Positions 11,422-24,975 of a DNA stretch of 64,000 nucleotides are shown piece after piece. The position numbers and the translations under genes were made by a program. Where the stretch lies: NCBI GenBank assembly GCA_002633005.1, contig NMRA01000180.1, positions 257,037 to 321,036 of the forward strand, read 5' to 3'. Each line of letters opens with the position of its first letter. Position 1 is the stretch's first letter. This stretch comes from Phoronis australis. Its lineage: Eukaryota; Animalia; Phoronida. The notes beneath the pieces were generated by a model, which did not search any database, was not told where the DNA came from, and worked only from the letters and a program-made list of their open reading frames with translations.

Positions 11422-14400
11422 CTAAACAAAAACAATTTTCATATTAGCTGATATTCGAATTGTATTGGTAGTCATTTTCACCGATTTTTCCCAATCAAAT
11501 AATACTTTAAAAGTAGGACCTTCCGTAGAAAAGAGGTCACGGGGTCAAAATGACACCCATCCCGATGAATTCTCGAATCATCTCACATGCGTCACGAGCC
11601 GGGTTCCACGATGTATGCTTGCCTTCACATTCTGCAACTTTGATAAAGATCTCGTGATTTATTTCGTTATTTTTCCTTTAGAAGCTAGAATGAGTTATCA
11701 AACAAATGTACTCGCGGCGCAAAAGTTCATCTCGTCGGAGCAATACTTAAACAGGACCTTCCACCCCTAAGGGCGATCGGTCTGACTTGCACAGTCTCCT
11801 AGGTATTCCACCGTTGCAGCATATGTGGCGTTGGTTTCGAGATTGATACAGCCTGTGTTAACAAAGTCATGGCGTCTTCATTATTGTCACTAGGGCATAA
11901 CATTTAGGTTGGCGGTCTTAGATTGTTGGTGGCATATACAATTACCTTGACACGAAATCTCAGTAGCGTTGTTACAATTTTAAAAATAATCATTTCGTTT
12001 TGTTTTATGCAACCTTTTGGTTTTGTAATGGAAACTTTGAGGGTGCCGTTTGCACAGCCACTCAAGCCAAAATGAAACAATTTAAAAGCACTTCGTTTTG
12101 GACAGTGACCAATACACTTGAGTCTAATTAGCCATATCTAAGATGTGCCTCTCGGAAGTTACTAGCTAAATTTGGACATTTTTCCAGTATCTTATTTAAC
12201 CGCAATAATGACAAAAGGAAATACTTGAACATTTTCCTGAAGGCTGAAGAATAGGTCCTACAAAAATCCTGATTAAACATATAACCTTGTTTGTTCTCGA
12301 TATGGGTAGAAATGATCTTCATGAAACATGGTGCTGTTTTTGTTTTTCACATTTCTTTTTGTGAATACTTTTATTTAACCAGAAATCATACTGTGGATAG
12401 CCAATCCCAGCTACATATTCTTGCAATATATTTAATGATATGCATTACATACCAGATAGTCATTCGAAAGAAAACAGTAGGGTTCGGGTCTGAAATTAAC
12501 ATAAATTAACATGATATTAAATACTTGAAGTGCTGTTGATATCTGTACGAGCGGCAGTTACGAATATTAGCAACCAATTAAAAATATCAACACTGGTATA
12601 AAAATAAATGTGTCGTGCTTGCGCGCGTGCGTGCGTGCATGCGTGTATGTGTATACGTACATTGTATATTATTTCATGATGTTGATTTCCAATCGTTTTT
12701 ATGTTGCAAACAAAATGTAACCAATACTTTTGCTATGTAATTAACTTTTATTCCGTGAATTTTCATTGGCCGACAGGACATCATTGTGGTCAGAAACATT
12801 GCTCCATTTCCCCGATGTTTAGCTGTCAACCGAAGCGCTTTGGGGTAAACGATCTTGAATTAGTGTCAAATACAACCGACAACTCAAGTCGCAGGCAATG
12901 TGTTCGTGTGCAGTTTTCGAATAAGCAATTTTAGGTTTAGCTAATCCCAGTAAAATTTTATGTATTTTGCTGAGTCTCTGATGCTTTCTATGTTCTTGTT
13001 GATAACCGAAATAGGAGATCGATTTTATCAGAGTAAAAGACCTAATTCGATTCTTGATCCTAGCCAGCTAAACAGGGCAAAACGAAGCGAATTTGCCTTT
13101 TGGGAAAGACCAAAGTTACACCGGTTCGGAGTAGGCAGTCAAACGAGACAAATAATGCCCGCCAGAATTTCTACCAGTAAAGTATAATTCGCCAGTGACA
13201 TGCATCATAAAATGGGAAATTCAACCTGGTTTTGGAATGATGTTTCGTCTAATTTCAATTGTATTGCGATGCCTTTTACTAGCCTCTTTGTAATAGTACA
13301 GGCGCATGACAGTTTACACGGCTAACATGGATCGACGTGCTTCTGACATAGAGTGTGTCCACGTGTTGGGGGCATGGTGTTCATGCTTGATGGGACTACT
13401 TGAAAGTATTGTTGTTCATTTCAGAGGAATTTTGGCGTTTGGGCCTTTGATCTGACCCAACCCTGAATGTGAGGCCATTCATGAGAACAGAGCAAGTCCA
13501 GTGATTTATCAATGCCTACCCATTAATTGCCCAAATGAAATACGAATAAATCCCGATTGATCGACTACACGTAGACAATAACTGTCAATTTAATGACTTT
13601 TTACGTTCATCAAATGGCATAAATAAAAGACGCACCGAGGTTTACAATCCCGGTACTATAATATATCTATAGACGGAAGCAGGCCGTGAAATAGATTGGT
13701 CGAAACGTAATTTTCTAAAGACGATGTGTCTCCTCGAGCGTTTCAGGCTATTGATAACTTCGTGACAGAATGCGAAAATATCCACAAAAGGTGTTAGAAA
13801 ATTTTTAGAATACCTGCGACATCATGTCATATTCACGCAATCATCGGTTCCTTCGTCCACACTTTACGCTTACCAATTTAGCAAGTTGTGTAGTGGGGCG
13901 TCTGGAACAACTTACGTTTGATGGCTGTACAGCTTCATTTTGTTTCAACTATTGAAGAGATATGGAGGCAGTCAATATGCATTAATAAGCATTAACGATC
14001 TTGAGTATCTTTCTGAAAAACACTCACTTTCAGAAAGATTCTTGGCGAAGCATTTGTCGTCCACCGTTCCTTCTAAGTTGGAAATAACGTCACACACCTC
14101 TGACGTAATGTTTGCATTTATATAACGACGAAAGATCCTCTTTTCGTGCATTCTGCAGTTTTAACTACAAGCTTTTTAATATCTGTTGAACTCAAAAACT
14201 CGAGTGTGGATTATCTTTTCAAACTACCAAGAGGTCCCGCTTTTGTTTTTTGTTTTTTTTTTTTCGTAAATCGGTGTTTGCAGTGTGCCCATGGCAAATT
14301 GACAAATCATGATTAAAAAACAATAAAAAGTTGGCCTTTAACGATACTCTTACCTTTCCATATCTCCAGCCCTTTTTGTACTTACCTGATTTTACAGTAA

Positions 14401-17087
14401 TTATTTTTTACATTTTTAAAAGTAGGCGGGATTTCCACGGAAACCTCACTGCATGTGACGTCAGTTAAGTCATCAGCTGTCAATAATTACGGCGGTGCAC
14501 CACCAAAAATGAACATTAAATCATACTAAATTCAGTTAAGTTTGAAAATATTCGGAGTTGTGAGGAATGAGCACTATTTGGGTTTCGACTGAACTAACCT
14601 GCGCTAAAATCACCTTCATGGAGTTTTTAAAATAAAATTTATTTGCGTAAGGCGCATGCCGTGTATGTGGAAACACTTTTAAAAAGAGACACTAAACTCG
14701 TGCGTTGATTGGTCTAAATTTGACTTTTAACTGGTGTAAGCTTTTTAGTGTTATAAAATCGTTCTCGTAATGTTCTTTACTCAAGTCAAAATTGAGTTCT
14801 GGTCTTAAAAACAATTTAAGCCAGGCTCTTATTGCTAATTCATACGTGTACCTGATCCGTTACCGTATAATGCGCATATTTAGACCCGTGCTCTTATATT
14901 CAAAGGTGACCAAAAATATGCTTCAATCATTTGAACTTGAAAGTGATGCCCCGGATATAAGTGTACCCCATTTAGTTTTTTAGATAATCTCTGTCATATG
15001 ACAAGTGGAATTTAGTAAAGAATCTTGCAAATGATACACTGGCCTGGCATGATACGTCATGGTTCATTTAGTTGCATCTTAATTTTAAAACTTTTTGTTT
15101 GTTTTTTCTTAGTTTACAACCGTCGTCATTTTGCAGGTTTCACCGGGAAGGTTAGTTATAGGATTTAAACCAAGCAAACGTTTCTTTAATGTCCGTCCAA
15201 ACAGTATACGATGTCCAGGTCTTATTAATATTATAATGTGCTAGTTCTATCCACCTTTTATGAATGCGAAAACTTTTAAAGTTGTTTCCCAAGTTAGTCA
15301 TGGAACTGTTCATCTGTTAACTGTCATTCTTATAGCACAGAACTTCACAAGTTTTAAGTCTGTACAAGTTCTAATCTAGAACTGTGCTGTCAAGCCAAGA
15401 GGCTTGAATTATTTCGTTTGGGCAAAATGGTGCGCCTTTCTTGTTGTGTCTGTGTCCACAAAAAGGTAATATGCTCGTGTATGCCTGTAAAAAGGACAAA
15501 CGCCTCCGCCAGGAAGCAGAAGTAAAACGCATGCTCATCGATGCGAAAATTAGAGCGAAGATTTTTCTTTGAAAAACGCATTATTTCTGATATAGGTGCA
15601 TAGGCATACATACATGTACTGTAAGTTGCTTGCCACAGCTGGCGAGTTGCTGTCGCCAAGGTGATACGGTCGTTAGGGGAATTTTGGGGTGTTTGTAATA
15701 ACCAATTTCAATTCAACCACAGGATGACACGGCGATGACGTTGCTTTGAACGAGGAAATACGCACGCGCAGAAGGTTGATGTTTTTGAAATCAGCGGTCT
15801 TCAAGTTAAATTAAGGCGCAAAACTAAGAGAATGAGAGCGGCATGCTTTTAATATTGAAACTTGCAATCCAGTCATGTTCGTAAAACGAGAGTACATGTA
15901 CCTGCGCCTATGGACCAAACATTTGAGAAAAATATTTCTGAAAAATGCGTTGTTTTGGGTAGAGTTGGAGACACATGGTATATAGGAGTATTACCCGACA
16001 TCAAAAAGTTGGCCAATATGCGCGTATTTGCAGTACAGTCAATTTTCGATTGGTAATTTTAGGATTTAACCTAATGTGGATTCTAGGGCAGTAATTGAAG
16101 CTATATATTATTTTCTGACGTCGGTCCTCCGCAAATCACACTCTGCACTGTCGACGTACTGAGTCCGGCGTGTATAGAATACTGTGAAGAAAACTATTAC
16201 GCAACATGTTTTTCAAATCAAATGACACACAACACGAGTACTTTAACTTCTTTTCACGACGTACTCCGTCGCCGACGGTTGGTAGTCGTTTCCACATAAG
16301 TTACCTGAAATGAAATATCACATTACAACCAAATTAGGAACTGGTAAACTTGTTTATCAAAACAAAATTTTCTTCTTCAAATAGTTTAATAACTAAATAT
16401 ACCCAAATTGCTCAAGGGAGGGGAGTAAGTTATCATTGAGATTCGAGATAATCACATAACCGGGCTCTCGATACAACAGTGGTTGAATTATTGCGTTTAA
16501 TTTGGTGTCAACAGATGTTTAACTAAGGCCTAATAATAGCGCATCCTCGCTGACTTTCGAAATTGTTTATCACCATTGCCGCCTTTCTCGTCGGTATAAA
16601 TTACTGTAAATTATTCCTGAACGCACTGCCGGAGGGAAAGGAGTCTGTAATCCCGACACACCTGTTTTCCACTGATCTTTCTCTTTTGGTAGGTGGAGTG
16701 ATAAGCGTCTGTTTATGAAAGTTGCCTTTCATTTAATGACATTCAATAAAATAAACACATCGTAAACAACTTTGAGCCGAGGTGAATCCACAAATAAAAG
16801 GGTCATTTTGTGTTTATTTAACACATATTAAAGTGCAATATTTCTGCTAGTAGACACTGCACAAATAATACACTGCCTGTCGACATGCAAGCAAATTTTG
16901 TAAAATGTAAATGGAAAGTACTTTTTCATGTTGTAGAAAGATCCAACTTCAAGCCTAGGTGAGGCCAGAGGTTTGATATTAAAAGTACGGGGCATTCGTC
17001 CAAAGTCATTCAAAGCTCGGTTTGTAATTCTACCTTTTACGCAATGGATGAAGCAAATAAAATTTACGGCGACATTGTACATTAAAT

Positions 17088-17143
17088 AATGAGTATAATG
17101 TTTACATGAGTATAATGTTTACATGAATATAACGTTTACATGA
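17088..17143. repeat. 17-bp tandem repeat (ATGAGTATAATGTTTAC) x~3
   Basis: Directly visible. Confidence 0.8.
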
Positions 17144-18359
17144 TTATTAGTGAAACAAGTGTTTGTAAATTGAATTGCCATGTTGGACGCAATTTTCTCG
17201 CCAAATCCAGTCAATAACCAATAAAAGTAAATCCTTCTTAAGCCGGAATCTCCATCAGTTAAATGGGCATGCAATACCAAATTTCTGTGCTAAGAACGAT
17301 GAGAGTCTTTCAACTTTTTTGGACGAGACCTTATTTCGTCGCAGATTAATTCTAAGTTGTAGGGCTGCTTCGACTGGACTTGCTGGCTGGTTCCCTGTCT
17401 AATCACTAGGTGTCGTTACATCTCCACGTTTCACGTGGTGTGAAGAGTTCTTCTTATTCAACAACACAATATTCCGTGAGAACAGCAGCCACTAACCTGA
17501 AGCTCTTCCGATGGTGTCCTTGGCACTGAAGCATAATGGTACAAAACAATCAGTCACAACAATTGGTTTTAGTGTTTGGTGGGCGCTTCGGCGCACCCTA
17601 CACAGTGAATGAATCTCGAGCTGTGAGACCCATATGCTAACGGGCCACGTATGAATGAGATTAGCGAATAGTTTGATTCCTTCTTTACGAGTTTGCAAAA
17701 CTGTTTTGAGGATCCCACAGTGATTGTTGTGGGTTTAGAGAATGGTTGAAGAATTGCTTTTAGTGACGAAAATCGGATTAAATATACATTTGTTTTTAGA
17801 CAATTGAAGAATTGTTCCCCTTACTCTCCACTTTTCTGAAGTGATTCAGGCCTTGCGAACACATTTCCTTTTTCAATAACTACATTCATTTCTTTCACTT
17901 GGCTACTGGTGTGACTGCAAAGGGCACGTGCTTGGTACTGTGTAGTATACTTGCCAGGTAAGATATATCACATCTTATGTAATAGGGAGGAGATGCGGTT
18001 CAAGAGAAAAAAGTTGTGCTAGTAAGAACGATACATGAGAAAAGTACTGCTTATCGTGCGAAAAGAAGAGAATTATCAGTGAATACTACTGACCTGGATA
18101 ATCACATGGGCGGCGCACCATAGCCCCCCCTCACTTATTTCAGTGCTGCGACGCCCATGCATCAAGGACTAATTTCGTCTGTATAGAGATGAGCACCCAA
18201 TTTTATAGCCTCTTGGATAATGCCCAAAAGGTAGGGGAAAGGATAGTGCTATGGCTACCGTTGCAAGAACAAAATCAGTCTTGAGATCAGTTATCGTCGT
18301 GGCCGTCATCTCATCAACAATTGTGTGGGTGGCACATTAAATAGTGTGGCTCTCTGTGG

Positions 18360-18486
18360 CGGCCATGGGCCCCCTAAAATTCTCCCAGATGCTATTTGGC
18401 AGTTAGGGGTACAACGTCTGACGGGCAAAATCCTGGGTAATACTCTCCCCTGACCCCCTAACTCAAAATCCTGGATCCGCCCCCTG
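18360..18486 (-). mobile_element. hAT-like MITE of the CAGGGGCGGATCCAGGATTT family
   Basis: Ends AAAATCCTGGATCCGCCCCCTG; body is the reverse complement of the 1763 and 63870 copies. Confidence 0.65.
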
Positions 18487-20399
18487 GCGTCTGACAGGTG
18501 AGGATGGTAGACTATGCGTGATGGCCCTGTGCAGCACGTTTCTCTGTAGCACACAAAAGGTGATTTTTGGCTTTTGGCTTTTGGCTTTTGTTTGCTTTTT
18601 TGTATGCTCTCGAGCAGGCTGCGGATTGTGCCTTTTGGCTTCGAGTTATAGACAGATTTTCTGACATGTATCCAAAAATTTTATAGTTACCTATATAATA
18701 TCTTTGATGTAGCCTTGGTTTGATTTCGTGGGCTAACACAGACATCCGGGCATTGATTTTAGCCAAAAGTCAGAAGCCAATAGACTCTTCGACAAACATC
18801 CCTCAGGGAATGAGAAAAATCCTGTTAGTGGAATGCCTTTGAGGTGCGTGTGAGGGCCGGAGAGGATTGTTTCCTGCTATCCAAAAGTTAATGTACTATT
18901 ACAAAGTGCACCTCAATGTCTTGAATGTATTTCGATGTTTGGGTAGGCACTTGAATATGACGTAACCCATTGTAATATTCGTTTGCTTTAAGTCTGGGTT
19001 GTGTTGTGGTTGAATTGTTATTGTATTTGTATGTTTCATAGCCATAATTCCGTGCTTGTCATAATTCCTTTATTGCATGTTTACATAAGAAGTTCGTTAG
19101 CCGTACGACACATGCAGTGTATGGCTTGGAAGCAGATTGTGAAATTTCAACTTGAAACATTAGAAATGTTGCCTCAGCTGTGTCAAGTTTTCTGTGAATG
19201 GAATTTTTTTATATAAGAAGTGTTTTGCTATATTTCAACATAGCTATCTGATTCAGATATACCGCATTTAGGCGCATGTGTCATTGTACGAACTTAGCTC
19301 TGTATCCGAATAAAATCATTTCGAAATATACATGAAAGGACTAAATAAACTGAAACCGAGAAGCACGTTTTTAAAATTGCATGCGAGTGAACGTTGGCAT
19401 GTCCGTAACAAAACGGTAGATATTGACGCGTTACCAATTTAAGATTAACTTTATAACTGAAAAAATAAATGCATAATTTTTATGTCACTAACGGACATTT
19501 TCACCGGTTTCACTAAACAATCGAAAAGAACTAAGAATTTTCAAAGGACACTCAAGTAACAATACTTTAAGACAAACGCAATTTCAAGGAACGTGTCCTT
19601 AATAGGAGTAACAAATATTTTAAAAAGTTGTATTGTTATATGATGTTGCCTTGCTCTTTTTGATGACTGCGATTGTTCATTTTGAAACTGGTGTATCGAG
19701 TTGAACAACCAACTAGTATTATTTCTAATAAATTTATTAGTTTTTGTCCGCGGTTTTTGATAGTATCATTTCGACAAAAGCTAATGAAAAGTGGTGTACG
19801 CATACACCACAGGTATATGAATGCAGGTACGTTTAATTGCCGTAGCCAATATTCAAGTGTAATGATAACCGGTCTTAGTCTGTGATCACGTAGCATTCAA
19901 TCAAGTATTAACTATGTCCAGATGGGGTTCGAGGTCAAATTAATACGATTTTAAATTGTCGCAGAATTTTACCTAAGAATTACTTTAAGCATTTGATTGG
20001 ATTTGCTATAAGTCCTTAACATAAGGGAGAACAGGTTCACAGATGTTTTTGACAGTCAACTTCATTGGTTTGTTCACCCTGTACACATGTAACTATAGAG
20101 GAAAACGTACATCGGCAATTGTACGCTGTGGAAAGAATTCGCGCCTCTCTCATTGTATCAGTTAATAAAAGAAAATGGGTTTATAATAAGAATGCGCGGG
20201 AAACATCATTGAATATTAATTACGTAATATACATTTCATGACATATGAAATACTTAAATTTCAGAAAAGTAATCATGTAAAATTCGGGGATTATCTCCGA
20301 GCCAAGGGACTAATCTCTGCGTACTTGAATGTCGCCTCGAAAATTGATCGCCAGTGCACGCTTTTCGAGTAAACTTACCACTTGCATTCGAATTTTGGG

Positions 20400-20502
20400 A
20401 CATGATCATCGGCGAGAAAAGTGATTTTCTGAAACCAGTTCCTGAGCGAATTCGAACCGGGATGCCGCGTCAAATTCAAAGCCACACGCTCATATCAGCT
20501 CT
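20400..20502 (-). repeat. tRNA-derived repeat with B-box GGTTCGAATTC
   Basis: Minus strand ...CCCGGTTCGAATTCGCTCAGG...TCAGAAAATCACTTTTCTCGCCGATGA; same tail as the 238-342 copy. Confidence 0.5.
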
Positions 20503-20632
20503 TGCTGTCGATAACTGACTATTTGAAGCATAGTTAACATGAAGTCACAGGCCTTGATTTTAGCGAGTGTCGGACATCGTCCGTTTGTAACAAAATCACA
20601 AAACACAACTGATTTTAATGTTTTACAGTTCT

Positions 20633-20885
20633 GCGGCCCTTTCCAAGAAACTGACTTAAGTTTATTTTTTACTTAAGTCTAAGCTTTGTCTTAACTTCCA
20701 AACTTTGAAACTTCCACATCCGGTAAGATAGTCAAAATTAAGACAAAACTTAAGCCAAAAATTTTTGTCAAACTTAAAGATCTCTTTCTTGAAATGGTCT
20801 TGAGACACATTTAAGTTTTATCTTAAAAATATTAAAATTTAAGATTTGTCTTAGCTAACTCAAATTGTGTTGGAACGGGCCCCTG
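20633..20885. mobile_element. PIF/Harbinger-like MITE; a partial diverged copy lies at 21630-21816
   Basis: GGCCCTTTCCAAGAAACTGA...TGTGTTGGAACGGGCCCC inverted ends flanked by CTG; internal CTTAAG repeats. Confidence 0.55.
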
Positions 20886-21254
20886 ATCAAAGTTGCTGAC
20901 AACTTCAAGAAGTCTATTCCATCCAACAATTATCCCCAAACTTGTTTTTTCGGTCGTGAAAACGATGATGTCCTTTAAAAGGGAATCCGAGGCTGCCAGT
21001 TGAATTCGGAGATTAAACCCCAGACTTTTACGTGGTGCGGGTCTCGGCAGCTCCTGTTTCAATGCCTGCTCTTGGATCAGAGTGAATGAGGCGGATATTC
21101 TCTGTGCACGGAATATTTGCTTAGTTGATTGCTTCGTTAAAAACACGACTAGACTTTTTGTTTGCAAGCTTGATACTGGTACGCTCGTAGTTTCGGAACG
21201 GTCCCCTTTCTACAGCTGTGCAGGTATGAAGTAAAACACCGAGAAACATAACAA

Positions 21255-21570
21255 ACAAATTAAAACACTAGTTATATTTCGAGACTGCATGTCTCATCAT
21301 CAGGCACTGACTGGAATTAACATATACATAGCGAAATAAACAGACAGTGAAATACACGTGACAGCGGCAAGAGGGGCATACAAGAAGAGAGTGTGAATGT
21401 CACAGACGAGGAAGCCCACAATCCTATCGAAACAGAGCCAGCGTGCGGTACACACCTGTGAGCTGCTCATTCAACACAGTCAGGCTTTTTGTGACTGATC
21501 GTTAGCGGTTCCAAAATCTTTAGCCGCAATCTGTCATTTTCAACATAGCGAATGGTGTTACTGTCTACTA
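21255..21570 (-). mobile_element. 3' remnant of a Penelope-like element (Poseidon-type GIY-YIG end and hammerhead-like motif)
   Basis: Minus strand TIRYVENDRLRLKILEPLTISHKKP-(frameshift)-LNEQ resembles the GIY-YIG end L.I.E...I...KP.LN.Q; downstream CTGATGATGAGACATGCAGTCTCGAAA. Confidence 0.65.
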
Positions 21571-23258
21571 TTTCTTGCTTAGTCCTTTTTCGGTCATGTC
21601 GGTGTACAAAATGATCTTAAATGGACCNCTGAAGTTCATTTTTTTACTTAAGTCAAAGATTTGTCTCAACTTCCAAACTTTGAAACTTTGACATCCGCCG
21701 GTAAGATATTCAAAACTTAAGTCAAGCTTAACTTCCTTGAAACAGGCTTTTTATCTTAAATTGGCTCAAATTTAAGATTTGTCTTAACTATGTCAGTTTT
21801 CTTGGAACGTGTCCCTAATCTGCTTATGATTCAGTAAGAGTTGGTTTCGCAAGCCGGTAACTTACCGGGGATATTAAATATGACTGACATGTATTTATTT
21901 TTATTGCGGCAATGAGTTGTCGTTTACTATCGAGACAGGTTTGAACAAATTACACTTGAAAATGTAAAAAATTGAAATTAAGAACCTCACTGGAGTAATG
22001 CTTACAATTAGAAATGGATTTTAAAAATGTATCAATGTACCCGCGTCTAGTTTTAAGTGTTGGCTGGGTGCCGGCTTCATTCACGAAAATCTGCTGCTTT
22101 GTATCTAGTAATATTGATCACACGGTAAATCTTTCTGCGAACATTGAACTACTTTACGCGATAGAATTTGATAATCAGATAACAGGGTCAATGCGATTAT
22201 CGAGCAGATTCACAGCGCTAATGGAAGACGCGCCGACGGTGACTCCGAGCTCAGGCTATCGCGATTCTTGACTGTGGTCATTCATTAGTCGACAAATATC
22301 TGCTTGTTATCGCTTTGAAGCAGACGTCTGCTTGATTCCGAGTTCACGAGTGGTACAAAAATGTTGCATTAATGCTGCTATAAACAAACTTTCTGAAGTT
22401 TTGATTTAAGACCTTTCACCGCTATAAAACAGGCACACTCTGAGTAGCCTATCACTGTTCGACTGACCATGACAGCCAGGTCAAGCCAACTTGTTGCGCC
22501 TGTTTTGAAATAGCTGTCACTTTTTGCAAACCCAAGAAATCAATTCTACTTTGAATAACAAAAAGCTGAAATTAGCTTCATAACTAAAAGCGGTCTAAAT
22601 CAAATGATCTTTTTCTTTTCCACGGAAGGTGGTTTTTAACAGGTTTTTGCTTGAACTTCAAATTTTATTTAATTTTTGTAGTAATTACGGTTATTCGTTC
22701 AAGCAAAAGTAATCTTATAAATTTCTGTTTGTCATGCCCAGTTAGTAGATCGATGCTTTTTTGACGTCACAAGAGCAGGTTTTTGTATCCCGCTCTCCAT
22801 ACAGCGTAGACTTATATGGAAGCAATATTAAATGACCATTTTTTGCAACATTTTTGTCATATTAAATCAGTTTGATTAATACAACTGAGTCTCTAGTATC
22901 CTTCGAATCGAGATATGCACTTTTTTATTCTCTCATTGCTTTTGAACATTAGCTTTGTGCACTCTTGGACAGCACACCACCGTGTGGCGCTGCGTGTAAA
23001 ACGTAAAAATGCAGCCGGGCTGTAGTTGAGTGCCGATAAGCAATGGGACACTTTTAGGATGCAATGAGAGCTGATCTGGTGGGACCTGTGACACTAATGC
23101 CACAACACTGCACCGGGGGGTACTTCGTCAAAGCAGGTGGCATATCAGTGGGAACATGTTTGGCTTCGTGTCTACGCCATTATACAGTGTATGTGATCAG
23201 ACATGATGCCGGCGCTAATAAAACAAAAGTGAATTTGTCTCCTCGTCCTCTCTAAGCC

Positions 23259-23389
23259 CACTAGTATCCACTTCCACGTGAACAGTGGCGACTGTTCACG
23301 TGGCGACTGTTCACGTGGCGACTGTTCACGTAGCGAATGTTCACGTGGCGACTGTTCACTAGTATCCACTTCCACGTGAACAGTCGCCA
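23259..23389. repeat. 15-bp tandem array (TGGCGACTGTTCACG x5) bracketed by 28-bp direct repeats
   Basis: CACTAGTATCCACTTCCACGTGAACAGT at 23259 and 23357; the array unit is the reverse complement of the bracket end (CACGTGAACAGTCGCCA). Confidence 0.85.
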
Positions 23390-24286
23390 TGTTTCCCATT
23401 CTACACTTTCTCCAGATGTTTTCGTATTTATTGCCTTGGGGAGTTTCAAACTTAGTCCCAACTGGAAAGTCCACAAGCTGTTATTGCCTGCTGATGGCCA
23501 TATTAAAAAGTGCATCCTCACCTCACGCATCATCACATTTCAAAACAAATAACACGACAACGTGTTCGGAGCGTGCTGTTTCTGGAAGTGACACGAATAT
23601 TTTCCTTTTCAATTTGTGAAAAGTATGAATTGCTATGTATTATATTATATTATATTATTTTAAAGAAAAATAATCGTATTTACCCACGACAGAAAAACAC
23701 ATTTTGGGATTGAAGTTACTGTCTTGAACAGGGCTATGCAACACTAAAATGAATACCGTTAAGGTTCTACAGGATAGTACTGACAAACCTGCTCATTTAG
23801 CCAAATATCTATAAAACTACAGAACTAACTCCGCAAAAGTGTATTTTCTGAAAGAAGAAACTCTGTAGAATGTAATTGTTGTCTACCATTGATAAGCTCA
23901 CTAGACCGTGTTTGAGACGAAATTCACAAAAAAATAAAGCAACCTTCATAGTAAAGTAAAAGGATCTATTACATGACCACATATCCTTTGATATTAATGT
24001 TCAAGATAAAATCTCGAAAACGCGATTACAGTTTTCTAAATTATCGTTTCGTTTTCGAATTGTGCAACTTTAAAGATTATTTCAATAAAAGCATACAAGT
24101 ATTGTTTTGATGGTCCCCATAAAAAGTAAGACATTTTGAGAGTGCTACAGAGAGCAGTGTATAAATCACAATATCTGAAAATTTCATTGAAATCCGTTTA
24201 GCCTCTTCTGAGATATGATGTTTCGAATTTCGCCAATACTGAACTTATATATAACCATGCAGCACTCTGCCAAGCCGAGTCTGAAT

Positions 24287-24378
24287 TAGCTCAGGCAGCA
24301 GAGCGTTTGGCTGCCACGCGCGAGTATCGGGTTTGATTTCGCGTTGGGGCTGATTTCTCACCGAATATGTGACTTTAA
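24287..24378 (+). repeat. tRNA-derived repeat ending in CT-TTAA
   Basis: TAGCTCAGGCAGCAGAGCG (A-box-like) ... GGTTTGATTTC (B-box-like) ... TTTCTCACCGAATATGTGACTTTAA. Confidence 0.5.
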
Positions 24379-24819
24379 ACTTTGAAATAAACCAGTCCCC
24401 TGAAATGGTAGATCGCTAACCGTAATAAGTCTGGAGTAAATTTGAAAACTCCTCACGAAATATGCTAAACCTGTTTGGTTGAGGAAAGAGCCTGCTTATA
24501 TCGAGTCACATAATCTAGTCTGTGACGCAATGAGGAAGTAAATTATCTCTCAAAGTCTCAAAGCAAGTTATAATTACGAAATATCGGATGCAATATCAGA
24601 TTAGATAGAAATCTCAGAAACATGTTATTAATTTAGTTTATTATTAATTTCCTTAGCTCCAACAAGTTATAGTTACTGCGTGTACTGACGATAACGCCAG
24701 TGTATCAATAGGGATTACTTTCACATGTCACTGTTGCTGGTCATCTTGTGAGGACGACTAAAATGCTTATGTAATGCATAATGCCTGCACGCCAAACGAT
24801 ATGATGGCAATCAAGACGT

Positions 24820-24975
24820 TAGTGACGACGACAAAGACGACGACGACTATGTCACAAGCGCTAAAACGATGGCAGTAAGGTTGACGACGGTGGAAGAACA
24901 GCAAAGTGATAACAGCGATGTTGATGAAGACGTCAGCCTGAAGACGATGATCGTGATGTTAAGAAGGATGACTAC
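24820..24975. repeat. Degenerate (GAC/GAT)n low-complexity tract; similar tracts at 31775-31830 and 31960-32030
   Basis: Directly visible triplet-rich sequence with no sustained ORF. Confidence 0.6.

Noticed and set aside
17945-17965. U1 snRNA 5'-like CTTACCTGGCA on the minus strand (also TACTTACCTG at ~14381)
   Set aside because: Similarity stops after ~11 nt; these are simply splice-donor-like sequences
23172-23536. ORFs with EQSPR / VNSRH repeats
   Set aside because: Produced by translating the 15-bp tandem array; flanking frames are full of stops
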